64,000 bases of DNA from an uncultured Gemmataceae bacterium (GTDB lineage Bacteria > Planctomycetota > Planctomycetia > Gemmatales > Gemmataceae): the NCBI GenBank assembly GCA_963750165.1, contig CAVVPN010000012.1, positions 128,001 through 192,000 on the forward strand, read 5' to 3'. Below are positions 10,266 to 21,464 of this stretch, piece by piece. The position numbers and the translations under genes were made by a program. Each line of letters starts with the position of its first letter. The first letter of the stretch is position 1. The notes below the pieces were generated by a model, which saw only the letters and a list, made by a program, of their open reading frames with translations, was not told the origin of the DNA and did not search any database.

Positions 10266-13200
10266 TGATTAGTCTGACGGTGTTGCGCGAGGAGAACGAA
10301 CGTCGGCGGTTCGAGCGACAGCGGCACGACGACAGCCGCACGGCTCTCGCTCCCGGGGTGGCGGAGGAGTTGGCAGCGGCGCTGCGGTCGCGCATCCGCG
10401 GTGAGGTGCGCTTCGACGCCGGCAGTCGTGCGCTGTACGCCACCGATGGCTCCAACTACCGTCAGACACCCATTGGTGTCGTGGTGCCGCGCACCATTGA
10501 GGAGGTGGTGGCGACCGTGGAACTGGCTCGCCGCTTCGGCGCCCCGATCCTGTCGCGCGGCTGCGGCACCAGTCTGGCCGGCCAGTGCTGCAACGTGGCC
10601 GTCGTGATGGACTTCTCCAAGTACCTCAACCATGTCAAGCACATTGACGTGGGGCGAAAGCTTGGCACGGTGGAACCCGGCTGCGTGCTCGACGAGCTGC
10701 GCGACTCCGCGAAGCGACACGACCTGACCTTCGGCCCCGACCCGGCGACGCACACGCACTGCACCCTGGGCGGCATGCTCGGCAACGACTCGTGCGGCTC
10801 CCACTCCCTGCTGTGTGCCAAGCACGGCCGCGGCCTGCGCACCGCCGACAACACCGAGGAGTTGGAAGTCCTCACCTACGACGGCCTGCGCCTGCGCGTC
10901 GGTCCCACGCCGCCGGAGGAGATGGAGCGCATCATCCGCGCAGGCGGGCCGCGCGGCGAGCTGTACGCCAGGCTCAAGGCGTTCATCGCGAAGTACGGCG
11001 ACGAGATCCGCAACCGCTTCCCGAGACTACCGCGGCGCGTCTCGGGTTACAACCTGCTCGAACTGCTGCCGGAGAACGGCTGCAACATCGCCCGCGCCCT
11101 GGTCGGCTCCGAGAGTACCCTGGTCGTGATCCTGGAGGCGACCCTGAATCTGGTGCCTGAGCCGGAGGCACGGTCGCTGCTGGTGCTGGGCTACCCCGAC
11201 ATCGCCGCGGCCGGCGACCAGGTCATGAGCATCCGGGAGTTCCAGCCGACCGCCCTCGAAGGCATGGACTACCTGCTGTATCAGTTCGTCAAGGCCAAGG
11301 GGAACGAGGACGCCGACATCGCGCTGATGCCCGAGGGCAAGGGCTTCCTGATCGTGGAGTTCGGCGGCGACACCAAGGCGGACACGGACGACCAGGCCCA
11401 CCGCTGCATGGCGGCCCTGAAAAAACAGTCGCACCCGCCGACGATGAAGTTGCTCGACGACCCGAAGCACGAAAAAATGATCTGGAAGGTGCGTGAGGGC
11501 GGCCTCGGTTCGACCGCCTGGGTGCCCGGCCACCCGGACACCTGGCCCGGCTGGGAAGACTCGGCCGTTCCGCCCGACAAGGTCGGTCCCTACCTCCGCG
11601 ACCTGCGGAAACTGTTCGACAAGTACGACTACCACCCCGCCCTGTACGGCCACCTCGGCCAGGGCTGCATCCATTGCCGCGTCGGCTTCGACCTGTACAC
11701 CGAGCCGGGCATCCAGAAGTTCAAGGCGTTCATGGACGAGGCAACCAGTCTCGTGGTGAGCTACGGCGGCTCTCTGTCGGGCGAGCACGGCGACGGCCAG
11801 GCCCGCGGCGAGTTCCTGCCGAAGATGTTCGGCCAGACGCTGTACGAGGCCTTCCGCGAGTTAAAATCCATCTGGGACCCGCAGTGGCGCATGAACCCAG
11901 GCAAGGTGGTGGACGCCTACGGCGTTGCCGAGAACCTGCGCATCGGCGCGGACTACCAGCCGCCCCAGCCCGAGACGCACTTCCACTACCCCGGCGACAA
12001 GGGACGCTTCGACCGGGCGGTGTTGCGCTGTGTCGGCGTTGGCAACTGCCGGCAGCATCACGACGAGGTCATGTGTCCCAGCTACAAGGTGACGATGGAG
12101 GAGCAGCACTGCACGCGCGGCCGGGCGCACCTGCTCTGGGAGATGATGAACGGCGAGGTGCTCACCGACGGCTGGCGCAGCGAGCCGGTCAAGGAGTCGC
12201 TCGATTTGTGCCTGGCGTGCAAGGGCTGCAAGAACGACTGCCCCGTCAACGTGGACATTGCCACCTACAAGGCCGAGTTCTTCGCTCACTACTATCACGG
12301 CCGGCTGCGGCCGCGACACCACTACAGCATGGGTCTGATCCACTGGTGGGCGCGCCTCGCCGAGGGGCGCCGGCGCTGGCGAACTTCGTCAGCCAGACGC
12401 CGGGCCTGTCCGCCATCGCCAAGCTGCTCGGCGGCATTGACCCGCGCCGCACCATACCGCCCTTCGCCACGCGGACGTTCAAATCCTGGTTCCAGCACCA
12501 CGCGCCGATGCACCCGGACGGCCGTCCCGTCATCCTGTGGCCTGACACCTTCACCAACTACTTCCACCCCGAGCACGGCCGGGCAGCGGTCGAGGTGCTG
12601 GAGGACGCCGGCTTCCAGGTGTGGGTGCCAAAGACGTCCCTGTGCTGCGGCCGACCCCTGTACGACTTCGGCATGCTCGACACCGCCCGGGGACTGCTCC
12701 GCCAACTGCTGGACACGCTGCGGCCACACATCCACGCCGGCGTGCCGCTCATCGGGCTGGAGCCGAGCTGCCTGGCCGTCTTCCGGGACGAGCTGACGAA
12801 CCTGTTCCCGGACGACGAGGACGCCAAAAAGCTGTCGAAACAGTCCTTCGTGTTGAGTGAGTTCCTGAACCAGCACGTCCCGAACTACGAGCCGCCGCGG
12901 CTGCAACGCCAGGCCATCCTGCACGGCCACTGTCATCACAAGTCGGTCATCGGCATGGACGACGAACACGCCCTGCTGAAGAAGATGGGCATCGACTACA
13001 CGGAGCCGCAATCGACCTGCTGCGGCATGGCCGGCTCGTTCGGCTTCGAGGCGGGACACTACGACATTTCCATGCAGGTCGGCGAACTGGGCTTGCTGCC
13101 GGCGGTGCGCCAGGCGAACCCGGATACCCTGGTCATCGCGAACGGCTTCAGCTGTGAGACGCAGATCGTCCAGGGCACGGGGCGGCGGGCGCTGCACCTG

Positions 13201-13431
13201 GCCGAAGTACTTCAGTTGGCCCTGCGCGAGCGGAGCCGGGTGGGGCGAGACATGCTCGACGGCCAGCGTTCCGGAGTTGGGGCCCCGACGGGGCTGCTGG
13301 TTGGCGCCGGCCTTGTGCTGGGCGGTCTGGCCCTGTGGGGACTGACGCGCCCGGGACGGGAGGCGGAGTACTCGGATTCTGGGGACTTTGCCGACGGACA
13401 GGAAGCTGAGCCCGTGGCACTTAACCGGTGA
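10265..13431 (+). CDS. FAD-binding and (Fe-S)-binding oxidoreductase (GlcD/GlcF or YdiJ-like); apparent frameshift ~12368
   Basis: YATDGSNY, RGCGTSLAGQ, SGEHGDG, CVGVGNC, CLACKGCKNDCP, CCG motifs (CCGRP, CCGMAGSFG). Confidence 0.9.
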
Positions 13432-13441
13432 GGGATTCGTC

Positions 13442-13876
13442 ATGAAGGCCAAGCTCATCAGCCAGGGTGAACCGAAGACCTATGCCGTCATCTTTGAGAC
13501 AGGTGACGAGGTGGTCTCGGAACTGCTCGCCTTCGCTCGGGAACAGGGCCTGGGGGACAGCCACCTCACGGCCATCGGCGCCTTCCAGGACGTCATCCTG
13601 GGTTATTTCGACTGGCAGAAGAAGGACTACAAGAAAATCCCGGTGCGGGAACAGGTGGAGGTGTTGTCCCTGATCGGCGACATCGCTCTCCAGGACAACG
13701 GCGCGCCCCAGTTGCACGCCCATGTGGTGGTCGGCAAGTCCGACGGCAGCGCCTGGGGCGGCCACCTCATCGAGGCTCACGTGCGGCCGACACTGGAAGT
13801 CATCGTGGTGGAGTCGCCCGAGCACCTGCGCCGGAAACGGGACCCGGAGTCGGGGTTGGCCCTGATCCGCGTTTGA
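13442..13876 (+). CDS. PPC/DUF296 domain protein
   Basis: TAIGAF, EVLSLIGDI, HAHVVVG, GGHL, TLEV. Confidence 0.88.
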   Translation: MKAKLISQGEPKTYAVIFETGDEVVSELLAFAREQGLGDSHLTAIGAFQDVILGYFDWQKKDYKKIPVREQVEVLSLIGDIALQDNGAPQLHAHVVVGKSDGSAWGGHLIEAHVRPTLEVIVVESPEHLRRKRDPESGLALIRV

Positions 13877-13954
13877 GCGAACAACCTCGGAGTGCTCTGA
13901 CCGGGCGTGTGCCCGGGGGCGCCCGGGCTGTACGGTTCGGTTGGAGGAGTTTCC

Positions 13955-14347
13955 ATGTTGCGTGCGTTGCTGTGCTCGGTGGTGGCCCTGACCCTGTTCG
14001 CCCTCACGGGCCTGTGCGCGGTCGAGCCCCAAAAGGACAAGACGACGACCAAGGATAAGGCGGTCAGCGGCAAGGACAAGAACACCTGTGAGGCCTGCGT
14101 CACCAAGGTGGACAAGAAGAAAAGCACCATCACGCTGAAGATGAAGGACAAGAACGGTAAGGAGGTTGAGAAGACCTTCAAGCTGACCGAGGAAGTCCGC
14201 ATGCTCGACAGCACGGGACGGGTGGCGGCCATGGACGTCTTCCAGTCCGGCAATGAGGTGCTGGTCGTCGAGGCTGAGGGCAAGCTCAAGCAGATCCAGA
14301 AGAAGAACACCAAGAATTCCAAGACCAAGGACAAGAGCAGCAAGTAA
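13955..14347 (+). CDS. Exported Lys-rich hypothetical protein
   Basis: GGAGG SD before ATG 13955; signal peptide; beta-rich core (TKVDKKKSTITLKMKDKNGKEVEKTF). Confidence 0.7.
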   Translation: MLRALLCSVVALTLFALTGLCAVEPQKDKTTTKDKAVSGKDKNTCEACVTKVDKKKSTITLKMKDKNGKEVEKTFKLTEEVRMLDSTGRVAAMDVFQSGNEVLVVEAEGKLKQIQKKNTKNSKTKDKSSK

Positions 14348-14407
14348 GGTCGGACGGATCGAGAGGACTCGGGGCCGCACGGAAGGCGGCCCCTTCCCGT
14401 TTTCGGA

Positions 14408-14568
14408 GTCGGTCAGCCCCGTGGCACGGACAAGCGCCCGGTGGCGCCGGGTTGCACAGCAAGGAGGCCAAGGGGGCCAAGGGGGCCAACTTTTTCACAC
14501 GTCGAGATTCGGCACCCTTGGCGGCGCCGAGCGTTGCCAGTCCTTGTCAGGGGCTCAAGCGGATCAAG
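14408..14568 (+). repeat. Dispersed repeat family, copy 2
   Basis: Direct repeat of 3178-3339. Confidence 0.9.
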
Positions 14569-14867
14569 CCGTCTGCGACAGCCGGCGTGGCGTCTGGCGC
14601 GCCGTCACTTCTGCGGAGCGACGAAGGTGCGGACGGTCAGGCTGGCAGTTGCCGGAAGCGGAGGAATTGCGCCAGGTCCTGGGGGGAGTGGGACAGCGAA
14701 TGGTCGTTGCGTCATATGATAGCCGTGTTGCGGCGGGCGACTCTGAACGCCCTAATTAAACCCAAGTCGGCCGAACCAACGGAACTCCTGAAACTCATCG
14801 AGGCGCTGAAAAACTGCATAAATCTCGCGGTTTGAGCATTCAACAAAGTGCGACTGCCAAGTCATGG

Positions 14868-16650
14868 TCAATGCCCTGCCGACTTGCCGGCCACCGCCGC
14901 CGCGAAGTTGCGGACGCGCTGCACCATCGCCGCCAGGCCGTTGCGGCGGCCCATGCTCAAATGATGGTTCAGCCCCAGCCGGCTGAAGAACTCCTCCACG
15001 TCAAACGCAGCAATCTGCGCCGCCCGCTGCCCCGAGAAGACGCGCTCCAGCAGCGCGATCAGGCCGCGCACGATGTCGGCGTCGCTGTCGGCCAGGAACT
15101 CGATCACGTCCGCGGTGCCGGGCCGCTTGCGCGTCTGCAAAAAAACGGTGCTCTGGCAGCCCTTGACGCGGTTGGCTTCCGTCTTGAACGCCGCCGGCAG
15201 CGGTGGGATTTTCTCGCCCAGTTCGATGATATGTTGGTAGCGCTCGTTCCAGTCCGGTAGGAACTCGAACAACTCGACCAGTTCGTCCGCGACCGCCTGT
15301 GGGCTGGGGCCGGCCGCCTTCGGGAACGCCACCTCCGCCCGCGCCGCCGGGGCTGCGGGCTTCGCCTTCGCCGCCGCCTCGGCGACGATGCGCCGCAACG
15401 CCGCCGCGAAGATGTCCACTTCCTGAAGGGTGTTGTACAGCCCGAACGAGGCGCGAGCCGTCCCCGGAATGCAGCAGCGCTCCATGAGCGGCTGGCAGCA
15501 GTGGTGCCCGGTGCGCACCGCGACGCCCTCCAGGTCGAGCTTGGTGCCCACGTCCAGCGCCGACAGCGGCGGATTGGTCACGACGAACGACAGCACCGCC
15601 GCCTTGTGCGCCGCCGTGCCGATGATGCGCACGCCGGGGATTTTGGCGAGCGCCGCCGTCGCGTGCTCCAGCAGGTGCTGCTCATGGGCCGCGATGGCGT
15701 CCAGGCCCAGTTGATTGAGGTAATCGACAGCAGCGCCCAGACCGATCACGTCCGCGATATTGGGTGTTCCCGCCTCGAACTTGTAGGGCAGTTCGTTGTA
15801 ATAGGTTTTCGCGAAACTAACCGAACTAATCATGTCGCCGCCGCCCTGGTACGGCGGCATTGCCTCCAGCAGCGCCGCTTTGCCGTACAGCACGCCGATG
15901 CCGGTCGGCCCGTACATCTTGTGGCCGCTGAAGCAGTAGAAGTCGCAGTCCAGGTCCTGCACGTCGATGCGCATGTGCGGCACCGCCTGCGCCCCGTCCA
16001 CCAGCACCGGCACGCCGTGCGCGTGCGCCAGCGCCACGATTTCGCGCACTGGGTTGACTGTCCCCAGCGCGTTGGAAACGTGCGTCAGCGCCAGGATTTT
16101 CGTGCGCGGCGTCAGCAGCTTTTCCAGTTCCTCCAGGCGCAGTTCGCCCTCGTCGGTAATCGGCAGCACGCGCAGGTCGAGCGCCCTTCGCCTCACAGAG
16201 CATTTGCCAGGGAACGATGTTGGAATGATGCTCCATCCACGTGATGACGACCTCATCGCCGGCCTGTACGTTCTGGCCGCCATAGCTCGACGCCACGAGG
16301 TTAATTGCCTCGGTGGTGCCGCGCACGAAAATAATCTCGCGCGACTCGCGGGCATTGATGAAGCGCTGCAGCTTGACGCGGGCCTCCTCATATTGCCGCG
16401 TGGCTCGTTCGCTGAGGACGTGGGCGGCGCGGTGGACGTTGGAATGGTCCGTCTCGTAGTAGTGCTTCAGCGCCTCGATGACGCGGCGCGGCTTCTGCGC
16501 GGAGGCGCCGTTGTCGAGGTACACCAGGGGTTCACCGTGGACTTCCTGTTGCAGAATCGGGAAGTCGGCCCGGACGCGCTGCACATCATAGCGCAGCGTC
16601 GCGGGGTTAGCTGCGGGCGGCGGCAGAGTGAGAGTTGGACGGGTGCTCAT
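14868..16650 (-). CDS. sufS: Cysteine desulfurase SufS fused to a C-terminal SufE domain; apparent frameshift ~16178
   Basis: LVYLDNGASAQKP, MEHHSNIVPWQ, SGHKMYGPTGIG, RTGHHC; then SufE WNERYQHIIELG...VKGCQSTV...DSDADIVRGL in the same frame. Confidence 0.92.
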
Positions 16651-17988
16651 GGGGCCTCCCTGGCGTCCGGCGCCGATAGCTGGTGTGCGTGCAACAGCAG
16701 CGCTTCCAGATGTTGCCGCAGCGGCTTGACCTCAACTTTGTCCAGGACGCCGTTGGCGAAGGCGAATGTGAGAATCCGCCGCGCTTCCGCCAGACCGACG
16801 CCGCGGGCGCGGAAGTAAAAGAGCGCGTCGGTGTTCAGCTGGCCGACCGTGGCGCCGTGCGTGCATTTCACGTCGTCGGCGAAGATTTCCAGTTGCGGCT
16901 TGGTGTTAATGGTGGCATCGTCCGACAACAGCAGTGTCTGATTGGTCTGCTTGGCGTCGGTCTTCTGGGCGTCCTGGCGCACGAAAATCTTGCCATTGAA
17001 AACGCCGTGAGCGTGGCCGTCGAGGATGCCCTTGTACAATTCATGGCTGGCGCAGTTGGGTTTGGCATGGTCGATGAACGTGTGATTATCGATGTGCTGC
17101 CGCCCGCCGATGAGATACAGGCCGTTGAGCGTACACTCACAACCCTCAGCGTCGAGGATGGCGTTGACTTCGTTGCGCACCAGGCCGCCGCCGAACGTTA
17201 CGGCATGCGAGCGGAAGTGACTGGCCCGGTCGTGCCGAACCTGTAACGTTTCGATGTGGAAGGCACGCTTACTTTCGTGCTGCACCTTGTAATGATCGAC
17301 GACCGCCCCGGGGGCCAACACGATCTCGGTGACGGCGTTGGTAAAATACACTTCCTCCGTCAAACCAACATATTGTTGAATGACCCTGGCCTGGCTGTGC
17401 GTCTCGGCCAGGAGGAAGCGTGCGCGGGTAGGACACCGTTGGTTCGCCGCCGTTGGCGGAGATGAACAGCAATTGAATCGGCTGCTCCACGACGGCGTTC
17501 TTCGGCAGGTGCAGGAAGGCGCCGTCCGCGGCGAACGCGGTGTTGAGGGCCGTGAACGGCTGCTCCTGAAAGCGGGCATAACGGGCCAGGTGGGTCTCGA
17601 CCGTCTTGCCGTCCGTCCGCAGCGCCTCCGCCAGGCTGCCGACGCGCACGCCGGGTGGCAGCCCCGTCAGCGTGGACAGTTCCGCGGCAAAGCGGCCATT
17701 GACGAACACCAGCCGGCAGCCGTCCCCGGCGTCAAAGGCAAGGCCCTGCATTTGCTCGGCGCGGACGCGGCGCACAGGGGCCGGCTGAAACGCGACCTCG
17801 GCCAGCGGTTGCAGACTGGTGAAGCGCCACTCCTCATCGCGCGGCCCGGGGAAGCCCAGTTCGGCGAAGCGCTCGATCGCCGCCGAGCGCAGCCGCTGCA
17901 ACCACACCGGCGCCGCTGCCTGCTCCTTCTCGAAGCGCGTGAAGTGCGTCAAATAATGTTCTTTCTCTGCCATCACGTCCGTTATCAT
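16647..17988 (-). CDS. sufD: Fe-S cluster assembly protein SufD; apparent frameshift ~17415
   Basis: EEWRFT; VFNGKIFV...AQKTDAKQ; KPQLEIFADDVKCTHGATVGQL. Confidence 0.93.
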
Positions 17989-18009
17989 GGCGTGTTATGT
18001 CCTTGTGAG

Positions 18010-18768
18010 TTACACCGGCTGCGCGGCCGTCTCCTCGATCCAGCCGTAACCCTTGTCCTCCAGTTCCAGCGCCAGTTCCTTGCCGCCGGACTTGACGATG
18101 CGGCCGTTGAACAGCACGTGAACGTAGTGCGGCACAATATACTCCAGCAGGCGCTGATAGTGAGTGATGACCAGCATGCCGCGCTCGGGGCTGCGCAGGG
18201 CATTGACGCCATCCGCGACGGTGCGCAGGGCGTCAATGTCGAGGCCGGAATCGGTCTCGTCGAGGATGGCGAGTTTGGGATCGAGGACCGCCATTTGAAA
18301 GATTTCGTTGCGTTTCTTTTCGCCGCCGGAGAAGCCCTCGTTGACCGGCCGCTTGAGCAGGTCGTCGGCGATGTGCAGCACCTTGGTCTTTTCCTTGCAG
18401 AGCTTGAGGAAGGCCACTGCGTCCATTTCCGGCTGACCGCGGTGCTTGCGGACGGCGTTCAGCGCAGCCCGCAGGAAATAAGTGTTGCTGACGCCGGGGA
18501 TTTCCACCGGGTACTGGAACGCCAGGAAAATGCCCTCGCGGGCGCGATCCTCGGGGTCGAGGTCCAGGAGGTCCTTGCCCAGGAAGGTGACGGTTCCGGC
18601 GGTGACCTCGTAGGCTTCGCGGCCGGCGAGGACGCCCGCGAGCGTGCTCTTGCCGGAGCCGTTCGGCCCCATGATGGCGTGGACCTCGCCGGCGTTGATC
18701 TGGAGGTTGATGCCGCGCAGGATTTCCTTGTCGGCGACGCGGGCGTGCAGGTTGTGGATGGTCAGCAT
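18010..18768 (-). CDS. sufC: Fe-S cluster assembly ATPase SufC
   Basis: GPNGSGKSTL, AFQYPVEIPGV, NEGFSGGEKKRNE, LDETDSGLDIDA. Confidence 0.97.
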   Translation of the reverse strand: MLTIHNLHARVADKEILRGINLQINAGEVHAIMGPNGSGKSTLAGVLAGREAYEVTAGTVTFLGKDLLDLDPEDRAREGIFLAFQYPVEIPGVSNTYFLRAALNAVRKHRGQPEMDAVAFLKLCKEKTKVLHIADDLLKRPVNEGFSGGEKKRNEIFQMAVLDPKLAILDETDSGLDIDALRTVADGVNALRSPERGMLVITHYQRLLEYIVPHYVHVLFNGRIVKSGGKELALELEDKGYGWIEETAAQPV

Positions 18769-18785
18769 TTCGCGATCAACTCCTC

Positions 18786-19106
18786 TCAGTTTTCAAACCC
18801 TTCATTGCCCGTACCACGCCCGATGCGAAGTTTGCTGCCGTATGGAATATCGTCTTTGGAAGTGTCCGGGGGCAGAACAATGCCAAATAAGCCTGGGGCG
18901 TGGGGCGGGGCGTGGACCATGTCGAGCGCATGCACAACCGTCTGAAAGCGGCTGCCGTCAGGACGGAGAAACTCAACAGGATCACCAACCCGAACCGTCA
19001 TACCATGCGGGTCAGGATACTCCGCCAAGACGACCAGGCCACGTCCCAGGACGTTCAAGGCGAATGGGACCGGAACAAACCCTGATTGATCTGGTTTGGG
19101 TTCCAT
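18786..19106 (-). CDS. Hypothetical 106-aa protein inserted between sufB and sufC
   Basis: Co-oriented ORF fills the gap; codon usage visibly more AT-rich than its neighbours. Confidence 0.55.
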   Translation of the reverse strand: MEPKPDQSGFVPVPFALNVLGRGLVVLAEYPDPHGMTVRVGDPVEFLRPDGSRFQTVVHALDMVHAPPHAPGLFGIVLPPDTSKDDIPYGSKLRIGRGTGNEGFEN

Positions 19107-19131
19107 GACTATCGTCCCAATGTTTCTATTA

Positions 19132-19187
19132 CCAGCCCGAAGCGTAAGTGAGGGAAACTGTTGTCCCTCGCTTACGCTTCGGGCTGG
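19132..19187. repeat. REP-like palindrome (CCAGCCCGAAGCGTAAG family)
   Basis: CCAGCCCGAAGCGTAAGTGAGGGA ... TCCCTCGCTTACGCTTCGGGCTGG. Confidence 0.85.
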
Positions 19188-19197
19188 CAGGGGCGCC

Positions 19198-20648
19198 TCA
19201 CCCCACGCTACCTTCCAAACTCACGCCCAGCAGTTTCTGCGCCTCGACCGCGAACTCCATCGGCAACTCGCGGAACACCTCCTTGCAGAAGCCGTTGACG
19301 ATCATGTGGACCGCGTCCTCCTTCGACATGCCGCGCTGCTGGCAGTAGAAAATCTGGTCCTCGCCGATCTTCGACGTGGACGCCTCGTGCTCCACCTGCG
19401 CCGTCGGGTTGCGCACCTCGATGTACGGGAACGTGTGCGCCCCGCAGCGGTCGCCGAGCAGCAGCGAGTCGCACTGCGAATAATTTCGCGCCCCGTCGCG
19501 CCCTTGAGGATCTTCACCTGGCCGCGGTAGGTGTTCTGGCCGTTGCCGGCGGAGATGCCCTTGGACACGATGGTGCTTTTCGTGTTCTTGCCGATGTGGA
19601 TCATCTTCGTGCCGGTGTCGGCCTGCTGCTTGTTCTTCGTCAGCGCGACCGAATAGAACTCACCGACCGAGTTGTCACCTTGCAAAATCACACTCGGGTA
19701 TTTCCAGGTGATGGCCGAGCCGGTCTCCACCTGCGTCCACGAAATCTTGGAGTCGGCGCCGCGGCAGGCGCCGCGCTTGGTCACGAAGTTGTAGACGCCG
19801 CCGCGGCCCTCGCGGTCGCCGGGGTACCAGTTCTGCACCGTCGAATACTTGATCTGCGCCTTCGGCCCCGCCGCCACCAACTCGACCACCGCGGCGTGCA
19901 GCTGGTTCTCGTCGCGCATCGGGGCAGTGCAACCTTCCAAATAACTCACGTACGCGCCTTCCTCGGCGACGATCAGCGTTCGCTCGAACTGGCCGGTGCC
20001 CGCGGCGTTGATGCGGAAGTATGTCGAAAGCTCCATCGGGCAGCGCACGCCCTTCGGGATGTAACAGAATGAGCCGTCGCTGAAGACCGCGGAGTTCAGG
20101 GCCGCGAAAAAGTTATCATTGTACGGCACCACCGAACCCAGATACTTTTTGACCAACTCGGGATGGTTCTGCACCGCCTCGGAGAAGGAGCAGAAGATAA
20201 TGCCCAGTTCGCCCAGCTTCTCCTTGAACGTGGTCGTCACGGACACGCTGTCCACGACGGCATCGACCGCGACGCCGCTGAGCCGTTTCTGCTCGTCCAG
20301 CGAGATGCCGAGCCGGTCGAACATGGCCTTCACTTCCGGGTCCACCTCGTCCAGGCTCGTCAACTGCTTCTTCGACTTCGGCGCGGAATAATAGATGATG
20401 TCCTGGTAGTCGATGGGGGCGATCTTGAGGTTCGGCCACCAGCGCGGCTCCTGCATGGTGCGCCAGTGGCGGAACGCCTTCAATCGCCAGTCCAGCATGA
20501 ACGCCGGCTCGTTCTTCTTGGCCGAGATCATGCGAATCACGTCTTCACTCAGGCCGCGCGGCAACTGGTCGGCGTCGAGGTCAACGTAAAAGCCTTCCTT
20601 GTACTCGCGGTTGGCCAGTTCCTGAATTTCGCTCGTCGCAGTGCTCAT
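19198..20648 (-). CDS. sufB: Fe-S cluster assembly protein SufB; apparent frameshift ~19492
   Basis: [50 protein letters not shown]; one G missing in a G run. Confidence 0.96.
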
Positions 20649-20704
20649 CCGTCTTTCCTGATAAGAGGTCTCCGGACGGCCACCCCGTCCGGTGGTGTTC
20701 CCAA

Positions 20705-21244
20705 TTATTTTGTCTCCGCCAGCACCGCCGGCCGCACCAGCGGCGGTAGCGTCAACAACTCCGGCTGCGGCGCGAACGCCACGTTGCCCAGCCGCGCCCT
20801 GACCAGGGCACCGATGTCGCCGCCGCCGCGCAACAGGTCCGCCAGCGTGATGCGGTCCAGGCCGTTGCGCATCCATTGCTCCAACGTCTGCCACAGCGAC
20901 CGCAGCGAACAGCCGCCGTGATGGACACAGTTGCTCGTCCCCGTGCTGCCGGCGTGCCGTTCGCAATAGCCCGGCTCGTCGAACAGCGGCTCGCCAAGCG
21001 CCAGCAACAACGAGCCAAGCCCAATCTTCTCCGGATCCTGCGCCAGCCGATAGCCGCCGGAACGGCCGCGCACGCTCTCGATCAGCCCCGCCTGCCGCAG
21101 CACCGACAGCAGTTTGGCGGCGTAGGGCACCGAAAGCCCTTCCGCGGCAGCGATTTCCGGCAGCGTCGCCGACGCCTTCGCGCCGGACTGCGCCAGCCGT
21201 AGCAGGCACCGCAAACCGTATTCTTCCTGGGCTGAAATCTTCAT
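20705..21244 (-). CDS. Rrf2-family transcriptional regulator (IscR-like, three Cys)
   Basis: EYGLRCLL...[36 protein letters not shown]; first gene of the suf operon. Confidence 0.92.
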   Translation of the reverse strand: MKISAQEEYGLRCLLRLAQSGAKASATLPEIAAAEGLSVPYAAKLLSVLRQAGLIESVRGRSGGYRLAQDPEKIGLGSLLLALGEPLFDEPGYCERHAGSTGTSNCVHHGGCSLRSLWQTLEQWMRNGLDRITLADLLRGGGDIGALVRARLGNVAFAPQPELLTLPPLVRPAVLAETK

Positions 21245-21276
21245 GGCCTTCTCTCGTGGCGAGGCGTTCTATCTAC

Positions 21277-21304
21277 ATTGTAAGAATCTGTACTTTTTAG
21301 TCAA
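21277..21304 (-). promoter_or_regulatory. Sigma70-type promoter of the Rrf2-suf operon
   Basis: Minus strand TTGACT-N16-TACAAT in an AT-rich patch about 30 bp before the ATG. Confidence 0.7.
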
Positions 21305-21385
21305 CATTAGCATCGGTGGTTGGCAGCAGATCGCGCGGAAGCGGTTGCAAACACAGGAGTTATTCAGGCCGGCTGGGCAACAAGA

Positions 21386-21436
21386 ACCCCGTTTACGTTT
21401 CGCGCGGACAGCATCCGCGCGAAACGTAAACGGGGT
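21386..21436. repeat. REP-like perfect hairpin (CCGTTTACGTTTCGCGCGGA family)
   Basis: 23-bp stem with 5-nt loop; related copy at 38564-38619. Confidence 0.85.
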
Positions 21437-21464
21437 CATCTGGCGCCGGGTCAGGGCGATTTGC

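Noticed and set aside
14570..14835. Short ORF tail (…LIKPKSAEPTELLKLIEAL) resembling the end of a receiver domain
   Set aside because: Too short, no clear start, and the longer ORF begins inside the repeat.
14868..20648. Programmed frameshifting or pseudogenisation of the suf genes
   Set aside because: No slippery heptamers were seen, and the same indel pattern occurs in unrelated genes, so sequencing error is more likely.
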